From Balanoglossus misakiensis (lineage: Eukaryota; Animalia; Hemichordata), in NCBI GenBank assembly GCA_040954595.2, contig CM082588.2:1929027-1993026 (forward strand): 64,000 nt of DNA, in the 5' to 3' direction. Positions 1 through 12,400 of this stretch are shown here, piece after piece. The first letter of the stretch is position 1. Each line of letters opens with the position of its first letter. The notes below the pieces were generated by a model, which worked only from the letters and a program-made list of their open reading frames with translations, made no database searches and was not told the origin of the DNA. The position numbers were made by a program, and so were the translations under genes.

Positions 1-2
1 CG

Positions 3-404
3 AACTTGACGATCCGAGGCACGCAGCTAAGCGACGACGGCTCCATGGTGACGTGCGCGGTGGCGAATGTCGCCGGCAGTTCGACCGTCAGTGCAATCTT
101 GCGTGTGCGGCCTGTCGCGATGACAACCGAAATGAGCTGGCTCAACCCACCAACACTGGGCCCGTCTGCCGACAGCAAGATTTCAGTACCGGGGATGCAC
201 CACAAGGATAAGCACGCGCTGCTGATTGGAGTAACCAGCGGAGGCGCCATTTTGTTTTTCGCCGCCGTTGTTTTCGCCGTTTCTGCGTTCGTCTGTTCTT
301 GTTGGGACAAAAAGAGGGGGAAAGCCCGAAATAATGGAAGAATTCGGCACGCCATCTGGTGTTCGAAAAACACCACCAAGCATAACTTGCCCACACGTGT
401 ATAA
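3..404 (+). CDS. 3' end of an IgSF type-I membrane receptor (last Ig domain, stalk, TM, short tail); 5'-truncated by the window edge
   Basis: The frame is open from position 3. NLTIRGTQLSDDGSMVTCAVANVAGSS matches the E-F-G strands of the third Ig domain of the paralogs (compare LTISRLTIFDDGMVVTCIAGNIIG in 50423). It is followed by a hydrophobic TM (ALLIGVTSGGAILFFAAVVFAVSAFVC), a basic stop-transfer (KKRGKAR) and the C-terminus PTRV*. Confidence 0.88.
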   Translation, partial: NLTIRGTQLSDDGSMVTCAVANVAGSSTVSAILRVRPVAMTTEMSWLNPPTLGPSADSKISVPGMHHKDKHALLIGVTSGGAILFFAAVVFAVSAFVCSCWDKKRGKARNNGRIRHAIWCSKNTTKHNLPTRV

Positions 405-3400
405 ATGCAGAATATAATGATTATTTCACGTATGGTTATAAAAAGTTTTAACCAGTCTTGCCCCTGACTTATCATATATCAGAACTTTAATAGCAGAATA
501 TTCGGTAGGCCTAGGCCTAAATGTGGTTTCTTTACCAAGTTAGCAAATATCTGTGCGTTTCTTTTTCTGTTCTATTTTTAAAGTAGTAACGGCCTGTGAG
601 TCGATCTGACCAACGGATCTCATTTCAACCATCCACAAGGTTTTCAGATCGTTAATCAAACTCTACGTAACCCTATCCATCATCAAAACATTTATTACCA
701 CTTTAAAGTCCACTTTGTGATGTCTTTATAACATCAATCCAAATTTCATATTCCTGAATTACATTTCTTTTCACATATTTAGCAGCTCTCAAAGTTACTG
801 GTTTTCTGCTTTGAACTGTCAGCAAATTTCCTTAGTGCAATACTAGTGTAACTCATACAATCGGCATGGTTGAAACACTGATACTGGTTCTTCTCAAGTA
901 TCTAGATTCTAAGGTTGCTATTGACCACAAATTGTCGACAGATGAGTAGACAGACCAGGGGCGCCATCAGTGGTTGGTGGCGTTCTTGGTTGTGTTCACG
1001 TTTCCGAGTCGCCGCCTACCTTTGATCGCGCCCTCAATCAGTAAGAACAAAGTTCACTTTCGTGTTTAGGTTAAATTTGAATTAGTGATTTCCTGATAGG
1101 GCTGTGAGGTCATTGCTTCCCCAGGAACACTATCAGGGGAAACATGATGAATCAACAGTTTTCGTAATCTTGTCCGTTTTTGTTGATGATATGTCGCACA
1201 GCTATGCCCGTTGTTGGGCTGATGACTCCTCGATTTTGTTGAATGTGTATATCTTGTTGGTAGAAAAAAGTATAAACATCCCTGCACAGAGGAAACCAGG
1301 CATGATAAGCCCAGTTCCTGTTTGCCGGAAAGGTTGAAATAGATGTGGATATACATAATCGTGCAGTGGGCTGGTTCCTGACCGATTTCATTTTCCATTT
1401 TAGGACCACACATTGGGTATTCCTAACACATGGGATATGTTTCTGTGGTTGATAAGAGTTATGTTTATCGGCCAATTTTTTTTACAATGAACGACGCCCT
1501 TGTATTTCCAGCTGCATCACCCTCCAGACGACAAAACAATCACCTCACTAAAGGTAGAACCGGAGAAAACAAGAGATTTTTGATAATGACAAATATGCAT
1601 CCACCTCTCTCGTAGAAGTTCTGGAAGAGGCGGCGCGATTCAGAGACAACAGAGGAGGGCGTCCTTTCAGTTCCTATTAACAACATTCGTCGGCAAAATA
1701 TTACATTCCAATGGCTTCAGTTTGTGTATACGCTAGTTAAGACCAGTTTATATTACTGTGCGCACTGGATTTGCGTTACAACAAAAACACAGACGACATG
1801 TAAACATTTCCTCGGAAATCAATCCGCCCTCGTCGTAAAACGACCCAGTTAATTGACAAGCCGATTTCCCTAAGCGGTTAATTGCTCATCAAACGGACCT
1901 TATTTTATGAGATAATATCCGGCCAGCAATCTGGCTAATCAATACTCATCAACTAATTGCCGTCAAAACACGGTCGCATGAAACCCCCATTGCCTTTAAT
2001 TTTATGACCATTGGCCATAGTGTACCTAATAATTATCTACGCTGCTATAAAACTCCAAAACTCCATCCACTGTACCATACCGCTTTTTATTACCCAGTCA
2101 CGAAAACTAAACCCCGCCCTTCTTTCACTTCTCCCTCGAGATTCTACGATTACCACCCCGTAGGTCCGATCTCAGACGACCCCCCCCCCATCTTCACTTT
2201 CCAGCTCGCCAACCACCATCACTGTCAACAAGTAAATACCACTTTCTTGATGACGAGTCCAGCAGCCTGCGCAAAGGAAGTCGGGGCTTCCTCTATAAAA
2301 CGTTATCAATCTTTTTTTCCTGCAACACACATCGACCAAAACTCTTCCTTATCACGTATCTCCTCGGGTTTCTCTGCGTCTATTACAAGCATCTGACTAC
2401 ACTCAGACCCGACAAATTTCTCACTATCACCGCTGATACTAATGGCCAGGGGGGTGGTTTCGAGTCGAGAGCTCTTGATGTTCACCAGTCTTTCCACTCG
2501 ATTGCTCTCTGCGTGCCACAATAAAAAATGGATGTAATCCAGACCAGTACAAACATCCCGCGTGAGAGAGATTGCGGCTTTTGTCGGAATTTTTCTCTCG
2601 ATACATGTTCAAGCACTTGAAGAGGCGACAACCATATCAAGCTCATTTTTAATCCAGAATTTTTTTTCCAGTGCATTGTGTGTTGACCGAAAGAGAAGAA
2701 GAGTTTAAGAATGATTGCAGTTAATGTATTTCGTAAAGAGCCTGCCATCAACTCCAAATCACTCGACGGTCGTAAAACTTTCCTCGGACAAAAGCTCGTA
2801 AAGATGGTCGAATGGAGAGTAACGCGTTGCAGGAAATCGCACTTGAAATTGTCGGCGCGAGGAGAAGACGCGCCCGATTGGCCGACGAGTTTGTTGGTTA
2901 TTTGAACTGGAAGTTGTTACCACGCATGTACAGTCTTTAATTGCCAGTCATCAAAACATTGATGTTTTATTGTCAACTGCCTGGCAATATAACCATGACG
3001 TTTCGAACAAAACATTGGATGTCGGGCGATACCTCGCTTCCGCCACCCGATATGTTTAATTTCGACCCCGTTGGCCCAGCAAGGGACATATTCTACATAT
3101 TTCCCGACAAAGGTGGGGTTTAGGGTATCGCTAGAATGATCCGACCGTAGCAATACAGATTACTTTAAAGCCCCAAACGTGGAATTAGTGAACTTTTGGG
3201 GGATACAGGTGTTATGAGGTTGTTGAGCAGCTTGGTTTTAAATTAAAATTAAATATGATGGATGAGTTGTTGCTTTTTTCTGTACACAGGCACGACCTTG
3301 AACGTGTGTACGCTGTGTGGCTGCAAATATATCGAACAATTGGCCGGGGTTTGGGTTGTGAGTGTACGTGTCTCCCTGTGTGTGTACTTCATTGCGCCGA

Positions 3401-4680
3401 CTGACACTGTCGAAGGATTTCTCTTCAACGGTGCAAATTTACTTGTGCTTGAGTTGGTCACTTTATAGCTGAGTGTGTGTTCACGAGTGTGGTCCGGTTA
3501 CCAGGCACTTCAAGCGCTACCCGGGCAATCACCACACTGCGTGGGAATTTCACCTCCGCAACATACAGACACACAAACCGGGGTCATCGGACTCACGTGA
3601 AGTCTAACAACCAATCTGCCACTCGGAAAACAAACATATACACTGGCTAGATCTCGTCTTCCGCTTCCCTGTCTACTCATTTGTACATTCATGAGGCAAT
3701 AGTGAAGAAAAACCGCCGTGCGCTATCAGATATCGGCAAACATTTCAAGAGTGAAAAATGAGAATCGAGCGTCGAGGAATTCCGGTACTGGACGTTTTAC
3801 CCCCACGGGGGAATAAACGCTTAATAAGTAAACATAGTGTGAGCCTGCTACTAACACCCCAGTCATTGCTGAGAACAGCGATTCCCACAGTAAATAATAA
3901 ATTCGGTTACAGTATTTGGACGGCTCAGCAAATCGCATCCACGTCCAGCATCTCGGAGAATGTCTCCCCTCAATTGTTCTGTTGTGGCGGCGCTCGCAGT
4001 AGTAGATAAGTTTCCGTTAAAACAGCAATTTTTCGTTGACTGATCGGATAATAATCTGCTTTAATGAAATTCTTGGGCAGCCTGGTTCGCTGTCTGGTGT
4101 TTAGGTATTGCTGGGATTTCAACTCTGATAAGGATAAATCCCGTGTGTCGTGCAATAAATCATCTACGCTCGGGGTCGGGTTGCTTGGCCAGTACGGCAG
4201 TGTTAATTAGCCCGCTAATGATCTGGTATAGCATAGCGGGCGTCGTTTAGCACCTGTTAACGCATCAGGTGGGGAGGGACCAGTTTGAAATACTAGGAGT
4301 ACCTGTCTATGAATAACTCTCGAGTCTTCCCCTCTTCTGCCTCGAAACAAAAATATGATGACAAGTGACAATGAGTTTTAATCAAACCCTGTTCGGTCGG
4401 TTGGGCGTGAACAGGGTCTACAATGCAAATGTAGGCTAAATGAATAGAGGCAAATGAAAAGGTTTGTATTTAACCAAGGTGCAAGGTATGTGTAATGTAA
4501 AGTTACATTCAGAAGTGGGAGCATGTCCGGACAGGCCGGCATACGTTTGCTAAAACGTTTAGTTACGTGGGAGATCTCTATTCAGCATGCCTGGTCTTGA
4601 GACTGTTTTTTAAGCAGGGCCGCAAAGTCGAAGCCGGGAATTTAGGCAGTTTTATCGCTAAAACGTTCCTGAAAAATGTC

Positions 4681-4772
4681 CCGGAAGAATTTTGAGTGAT
4701 ATCTTATCAGTGGTCATTGGTGTTACTGACTCAGTATAGTAAATAAACGGCTGCGGTTGTGTCTGAGTCAGT
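4681..4772 (+). promoter_or_regulatory. Candidate cis-regulatory module about 300-400 bp upstream of the 5075 receptor gene
   Basis: Within 92 bp: ETS-like CCGGAAG (4681), GATA CTTATC (4703), AP-1 TGACTCA (4727), Runx TGCGGT (4752) and AP-1 TGAGTCA (4764). These are motif matches only. Confidence 0.3.
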
Positions 4773-5074
4773 GTACAGTGGGTGAGGGCGGTTTCAGGGG
4801 CTGGCATGTAATGAGATTTACATCTGAATGAGGAAGGTCACACCGTGGCAACAGCACGCAGGATTGATGAGATGAAAGCGAGGCTATAAGTAATGCGGGC
4901 TCACAGAATCGGCAGTGGTCAACAGTAGTACAATTCAGTCACAGTTAGTGAGCGCAGCAGAGAGTACGTATACGCGTGTTAGTGAACTCAGCACCCAGTG
5001 CCCCGTCCGCGTAATCAGCGTGTCACTCGTCAAAACCAGGAAAAGCTATCAGGGACTCCCACTAATTTACCGTC

Positions 5075-6466
5075 ATGTACAGCCTGCATCGGCTGCCGTT
5101 GACGTTCCTCCTGCTGGGAGCGGCGATCACCGTCAGCGGACAGACTGGCTTTGCTGCGTCGCCGACCAATACACAGGTGATCGAGGGCAGCAGTGTGACT
5201 TTGGGCTGCGTTATTGCAGCGGATCCGAGCAGACAAAAGTACGTGCAATGGATCAAAGGCGAAAAAGCCATCAGCGCCAACTACACAATCAACACCCAGA
5301 GACTTGTGGAGGACTTTCAAGTAAGTGAACCGTCGCGTTATCAAATCATTGGTGATTTTTCGAGGGGCGAATTCAATCTTCATATTGCGAACACAATCGA
5401 GTCACAAGATGATGACACTTATAAATGCATCCTGGTCGGCCCTTTCGGACTACTGTCAATATCGGATGAAGCCCGCTTGTCAGTGGCGAGTCCTTCCGTC
5501 GACCAATATCCCCTATGTTCGCCGACGGAACTGAAATCGAAGTACGAAGAAGGGGAGCGAATTCGGACCGAGTGTGTGTTCCGTCATGCCGATCCCGCCC
5601 CGGAACTGCGGTGGCGATACGCCGATAGGATCTTTCCCGGCCACCGTGCGTACGCTTCGCTGCCAGACGTTCGTCAGGAATGGGTGTTATCGTACCAGGA
5701 CGACGGGGCAGTTTTCACCTGCGAGGCAGTGGGATCAGCTTTCCCGACGCCTCAGACGTGCCAAGTTGGACCCTTGAACGTCCAATACAGGCCCAGGGTG
5801 ACCGTTCAGCCTTCTATCTCCAACGTGCTGGCAGGGAGCACTATTGTCTTTACGTGCACGGCAACATCGAATCCGGCACCCGCCGCTTACGTGTGGGAAA
5901 TCAACGGCAAAGTTGTGATCGACTCGTCGAGGAAGTACTCGTTCTCCGATAACGGCAGGGTGTTCACCGTCAGCGACGTGGGCGACGGCGAGGACGGCAT
6001 CTCCGTCACTTGTCTGGCGTCCAACAACGTCGGTCTCGGGGTCTCGGAAACGCCGGCCAGAGTCAAAGTGTTCCGCAGCGAGAGCGAGCGAGAGCAGAAC
6101 ACGAATCTGAGGACGGTCACCCCAACATCGCCAGAGAACATTGAACAGCAAGAGGCAGACCCCAAAACTCTTGCGATAATAGTGGTGGCCGTAGCCGCTG
6201 GCCTGGCTGTAATATTTTCCATCATAGTACTAATCTGCTTTAGGAAAACAATTAGCAAGTGCTGCCAGTCAGGGATTTGCTGGAGGACTAACAAGCCCGT
6301 GGAGGTAAATATGGAGAACAAATTTTCCAACATAGCCGAGCTGAGCACCATGATTGCTCTTAAACACAAACTCGAACAACTCGAGGACGACAACGAGAAG
6401 CGAAAAGAACGCGGAGACTCGGTCTCCACTATGACGCCATACACACCTGAAATTACAATTGTCTGA
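5075..6466 (+). CDS. Single-ORF IgSF type-I receptor, 463 aa: signal peptide, V/I-like Ig, C2-like Ig, I-set Ig, TM, tail ending in a PDZ ligand; nephrin/Kirrel-like
   Basis: Signal peptide MYSLHRLPLTFLLLGAAITVSG. Three Ig domains have the canonical C..W..C spacing (VTLGC/VQWIK/DTYKC; TEC/LRW/VFTC; VFTC/YVWEI/VTC). Domain 1 has the nephrin-like RYQIIGDFSRGEFNLHI. TM is LAIIVVAVAAGLAVIFSIIVLICF and the protein ends ITIV*. Confidence 0.95.
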   Translation: MYSLHRLPLTFLLLGAAITVSGQTGFAASPTNTQVIEGSSVTLGCVIAADPSRQKYVQWIKGEKAISANYTINTQRLVEDFQVSEPSRYQIIGDFSRGEFNLHIANTIESQDDDTYKCILVGPFGLLSISDEARLSVASPSVDQYPLCSPTELKSKYEEGERIRTECVFRHADPAPELRWRYADRIFPGHRAYASLPDVRQEWVLSYQDDGAVFTCEAVGSAFPTPQTCQVGPLNVQYRPRVTVQPSISNVLAGSTIVFTCTATSNPAPAAYVWEINGKVVIDSSRKYSFSDNGRVFTVSDVGDGEDGISVTCLASNNVGLGVSETPARVKVFRSESEREQNTNLRTVTPTSPENIEQQEADPKTLAIIVVAVAAGLAVIFSIIVLICFRKTISKCCQSGICWRTNKPVEVNMENKFSNIAELSTMIALKHKLEQLEDDNEKRKERGDSVSTMTPYTPEITIV

Positions 6467-9400
6467 AGTGCGGAGGGACAAGGAAAGGAGGCGTGTTAAT
6501 TTGCAGGTGATAAAATCTAAATGCCTTGTATGTATATTGCACACAGGCGCTGTAGATAGCTGTCTGGGTCCCCGGATGAAAAAGAGAGCTACAACTCATT
6601 GGTGTGGTTTTAATCCTGATCACACACAAGTGACTTGCTTACAAAAGCAGTGGAAATCAATCGCGTTTCTGCGCTGTACTGAAAATTTACAAGTGATGTT
6701 TTTTATTGTATTATTATTTAAATAAGTCTTGACAAATCTTCATCTTGCTGTCACATAATCTCGAGACAATCCATTGGTGTCATGTGACCTAATAGGTTTT
6801 TTTCCGAGTGGGACACTCATTTCATCTCAACATTATTCAGTTCATCCGACAAGTGGTTGTAATTATTAATTATTTTTGAGAGTAACTTTTCATATTATAT
6901 TTTTAAACAGAAGAGAATGTTCTTATTTATAAGTGTGATGTCCGTGAAACGCCGTCTTTTTTGTTAATTGCGCTGTTGTTGTAAACATAGTTTAAATTCG
7001 GATAATGAGTATAGGTGGTTCAGAATTCAGCCGCACATCCGATTTTGCGCAAAGTCTGCAGGCGACAACGAGAGAAACTCAAAACCCGAAAATGTTTCGA
7101 AGCCAACGGCTGCACGCATGACCGAATCATGTTCAGCCTGGCGTCTTGTTTGAGTTTGTTTTGTAGGTGCGGAGTACACGGTTTCACTTTGGGATATTTT
7201 GTAAATATTAAGATTTTATACAAGCGCTGTAAATAAACCCGCACCGTGGGAACTCCTATACCTTTTCGTTTATCGAGTCTTTGTTCCATCAGGTCTAACT
7301 TTTTCTCCCCTGTCTGCTTTGTGTGTGTTTTGATAAAATAAGGCACAATGGCGAGTGGGTCGGTCGGCCTACAGAGGAGGTCAGAGCAGGGGGTGGGGGA
7401 AACACTATATATTTGGTGAAATTAGTGCAGGTTCTGGACGACACAATGCGTGAATGTTCAGGGCGGAACAGTGAAACCTGTTGACACGAAAATAATGACA
7501 TTCATCTTTCGTGTGAAGCTGCGTGACCGACAGAAGAATTCGGTGCGCCCACTGGTCCAGAACATGTTGGGTCCTAAAACCTGGGCGAAATTATCACCAG
7601 TCTGTAATCATTTACAAGAACTCATAAATGGCTGAGCAAATAACGATATCAGCTTACTATGACATAATATCATGGACCGATTATTTCCTTTAAAAAAATC
7701 GCAGCTGGTTTTCAATATGGCTCATGATATTTTCGCTGCTGTATTTTTACATGACCGTCAAACACAATGGATTGACTGTACACCGTGTGAGATTGTGAGG
7801 CTATGGGCTATAGCTTTGAAAATGTGCGCGGTCACGGATATCTGATAGGGTTATGAGCAGACGACGAGAAATGCGAGCGTGCAACTTGAAAAATTAATGT
7901 GAAATTTATCGTTCCGACGGCCATTTCTCACGTAGTTGATACAGCTTCCGGATTATGGTCCATCAGGGGCGAAGTGGTTGGCAATAATTCATGGTGAAGT
8001 TCGCACATTTCAATTTTACATGACATTATTTATGGGATCTAATTATTGATGTTGACTCTTGAACAACAAGTGCTTCGCCATGATGGGAAACTAGCGAGTG
8101 TACTCATCTAATGTAAATCATTCGGGAATGGATTGTACACACAGAAACCGCGCCATGGTCGTAACGAAGTTATAATGCGCGATCATTCCAATGTTAGCGA
8201 CGAGGGCATTTGGGAAATTTCCCAACAAAGACTCTCTGTTTTCGCTAAAGGTTAAAAATGCGACTCTGCGGCCTTCCGTATTTGACCATCGCGACTCGGC
8301 AAACACGCAGAGAAATTCAGAAATTCAAGCCAATTAAAAAGCTGAACAGCGCATTCTGATGTAACCCCGCATCAGCGTGAGCAGATCACCAGGCACCACA
8401 AACCGTGCATGTTTGTGTGGCGGAAGATTGGGATGTCGGGCTCAGCGTTATCAGATGAAAAACCAGACTGCCCTGTAGCAGTGCCATATAACAGACAAAA
8501 GCGGGATCTCTTGGCTTATATCGACCCTTCAAAATGGATAAATCTACTTCACAAATGACATGGCTACCACATATATATGGTAGATGCTGGTCAAGGGTCA
8601 GTTATCGGTCACTGAAGCAGGGGGAGAGAGAAAGAGAGAAAGAGACTACTATAGAACCAGCGGGAATGACGGATGTAGTGTCTCCTCAGTCGACCATAAC
8701 AGGACCGAGTTAAAATCGAACAGTTGTTTTCATGGATGACCATAGCCTGAACTAATTTAGGGGATTATGATCACCCAAGCGAACTATTAAACGGCAAACG
8801 TCCTCCCAGTTGTGCACAGTATAAGGGTATACTATGCAAATCGTATCGATCTGCAGATTTCACGTAATAATACATAGGATCCGGTGAGGGAACTGGGAAG
8901 GTGGGATACCGGCGCTGTTTGTGGTTTTTCAATTGTTATTATATAATAAGCCTTAATATAATAGCAACCGGGCCAAAACAGACTTCGGGTGCTCAGTTAC
9001 TCGCCGTTTGCCAGAACAGAAATGACGAAGATGGAAAGTCTAAGCTTACATTACACTTTATCGATAAAGCTCTCAAGTTGCACAGTGCATGTCACGACGA
9101 GTGACCATACGTAATCAGGGATTTGAGGGGATCACACATGATTTGATAGCTGTTAAGAATCAAAATCTCCACAAACAGTAACGATCACTGCATGTTGGGA
9201 AAGAGTAGATTTAACCCGAATCCAACCGCGTGGACAGTTTTGAGTGTAAGCGCGTTGCCTATCGGGAGGTCAGCGACATAGCCCCCGTCGCAGCTGTATC
9301 CGATTCTGGCAATTCAAAGACGGCATTGTACAGTTTGACATTTTAAAGACACCTTCTCACCATCTATCACACACCAGTGTAATCTTAGCGACGTCTCCTA

Positions 9401-12400
9401 TAAGCTAATGGGCGGATAAGAGGCAAAAATTTACTTTATCAAGAGTATAAGTTCGAAAGCCCGAGCACACGATATTTAAAAAGTCTCTCATAATCGGATC
9501 CAATTTCCAATGTCAAAATCCAAAAGGTTGCAACACAAAAATACGCCTTTGTTTAACTTAAACACGCAAAGCTTTATCCTGCCCTGCCGTGCCGCACTAC
9601 ACAGAGGAATGCGTGGACGGGGGAATTTCACAGGCATTCGCCCCATTACAGTCGATACCGTGGGATCGAGATTCGGGCCCGGCCTTGTAAAGGTGGTCTC
9701 CGCTGCAACTGAATACCCCCTGTATTTTTAATGAATGAGTGTTACAACACGCAATGCAAACACGCCACAAAGGATTTACTCTGCACCGACGGGTTCGCCT
9801 GCAAGCATATTTAGTACATGCGAGCATGGGACAAAAAAAACCCAGAAAATCGGCCGACCGACAACCTTTTCGGACCAAAACCAGGTCTGGTTTGCGAAAT
9901 CGGGAGAAAACGAAACGAGTTTTACTCTTCGGGGTCTTGTCGGCAGAGACATTCAATATGGGTCCAAATTTGGTGGCGTGTTCTCTCGCAGTGTATAATG
10001 AATACAATTACTTGGTAAGCACCAAACTTAGCGGCTAAATTGCAAACTGAATAGGTATCAACAACAATGGGTATACACACCGTGGTAAAGAGGGAGTCGT
10101 ATTCACTGTACGTTTAAATTGCCCGTGGGGGACCCACCGTGATAGAATAACTGGACAAAAGGACTGACGATGATGAAAGGCGAACTTCGCCGTGCCACCG
10201 TCCTATAAATAAAACACGGCATAATGAAAGTGGCAAAAAGCCCAAGGGACGGGAGCATCTTGACTTCAAACTTTTACGTCACCATTGAATGTGGGCAGTT
10301 TCTGCATCCCACGCTTCCGACCAGTCACGTGACCAGTGTCGGTCGAAAAACCATGACGTTGCAGCGAACCGGAGTTTGACCCCCGACGGGTTGTGACTAA
10401 GTTTATTGCCAACTAAAGATAGTAACACCACCCCTTCAACAAACAAGGATTTCCCTGAGTGGAGTCGGACATACCGAATTTCATAAACGTCACGAGTTCA
10501 CGACCTGACGGTGGTCTCCTGCATTGCAATGGGGAGCCCGCCATCCGGTTGAAGTCAGAGATCACATGTTCAGAGCATAAGTCTTGCTGCTTTTTTGTTT
10601 TCCCCTCTCAAACACCTGCCAAAGTTGGAGCGAAATCGCCCTTGCGAGCAGCCCTTCTCACAAGAATCAATCGCACGTGTTGGGAAACACCTCCACACTT
10701 TGTCCAATACATTCATTGAGTGTAATTATGAAGGCAAGATGGGTTGTTTTCCTAGGGGAATTAACTCACCTTGGAAAGAAATTCACAATGAAATTAATTA
10801 AGTACCCCAAACTGGAAACTGGAGTTCTGTATAGAACCACAAGAAAAATAAACTTGGCTTGATTGGTATTATCGTGGACGTGGTATTATCGAGTCATTAA
10901 TTGGCAGGCCGACCAATGTTCGCAAGAGAAATGCCATTATCACGTCGAAGTCGTGTTTGCTCTTGGGCTTCTGTGGCCAGAAGAGACTCGACTTGAACTT
11001 GGCAATCAGCAAACCTACTTTAGATTAACGGCATGTCGAATCGCGTCCTTTTCACACTACTCAGCATGTGAGGACTCGGGAGTGGGCTGTGATACGTCAG
11101 TGACGACGATTATTGACAATCAATTAGATTGAAAACAGGGAGGAAACTTAAACAAACCTCAATCGATTGCCGTACAAACACAACCCGACTAAGACGTCGG
11201 AATACATCGATTGATCGTGATTCAAAGCGCAGCCACTCGAAAAAGGTGATGTTTTGGTTTGTTGGCCTGGGAACAAAAGAGGCAAATTGGCAAGGTAAAA
11301 GGTTCTGTGTTCGCTAAGAACTAACAACAATAGAAAGGGGTTGGATTCAGATTTGGGCAAATGACTCCTGGACTATTTAATATGACGGCATCAATTCGTA
11401 TTGCATCACTGTGAAAACACCGTGGCCGTTTTTGGTTATTTTTAGCTAGTGATACTTGCGATAGAATGAGACGACAGAAAGAGCGTACACAACAGGTGGT
11501 TATACTCGTTCACTGTCAACCGCTTCAAACTATGTGATGTAAGAAAAAAACAAGACCACTACAATGTGTGGCTTGTCGAGAGTTCGTATCGTGGAACGGT
11601 TGACACTATACGATCGCGTCCGTCCGTGACGGGATGTTCACCAAAGAGGTATTACACGAGACGATAGCGACAGTTCCCCGGCAACTGTTGATGTCGCCGC
11701 CTGAATAACAAAACGACAGAGACCCGTCGAACATCGACCCGTTCGTACAAACTTCCCAGTGTTTGTCCTTCTATAAATGTCTATAGTTTACCTGACAGAT
11801 CAATGAGGTATTTCTCACCCCAGTCTCAGAAAAAAGACACCCTTCCATCCTGGTAATTTAAAAACAAATAGTTTACAATGGGGGCATAGTGTTATTCGAC
11901 TCAGTCGTGTGAAGTCCGATATCTCCGGTGGAAATGGAAAGCGAAGTCCAAGCGCGAGGATTTCGCTGAAAAGATGAAACACACCTTTATTTTGAAAGTG
12001 GCGAAAAACAATCACCGTGCGAGCGCATGTACGTCGCCGCCGCCACCTTCCCAAGGATGTTCATTCTTAGCGTTTATTTGTTTACAACGCCTTGTCAGGC
12101 GAAGGAAACGCTCTTTGAAGAGAAAAATGTTTGCCCGGTAAAAGCAAGGTGACAATGCGAGAGTCGAATCGAGGAAGGGAAAGTGTTTAAACTGGTTAAG
12201 ACCGAAACTAAGTAAATAGGGCAACATTCCTCAGCCGTGATCTCAGTTTGGAGGGGGGAAAACTGTGACGTTTGTTCCGGTCGACTCAACCAAAACGCTT
12301 ATTTGACATCGTATTCACAGATCCCAGTCATCGTAGCATCTGCCAACAATGATATGCTAATTTATACGAGAGAAAAATTAAACAGTTATTCCGAAACAAT

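Noticed and set aside
5321-6310. Splice-donor-like sites inside the 5075 ORF (GTAAGT at 5321, AG/GTAAAT near 6305), raising a clustered-protocadherin-like variable/constant exon model
   Set aside because: Each gene has its own in-frame tail with meaningful terminal motifs and a stop. No donor sits at an equivalent position in the other paralogs, and no constant exons are visible.
5735-6544. Long antisense and alternate-frame ORFs overlapping the receptor genes (also at 27290-29463 and 50738-52267)
   Set aside because: Shadow ORFs expected from GC-rich, codon-biased coding sequence.
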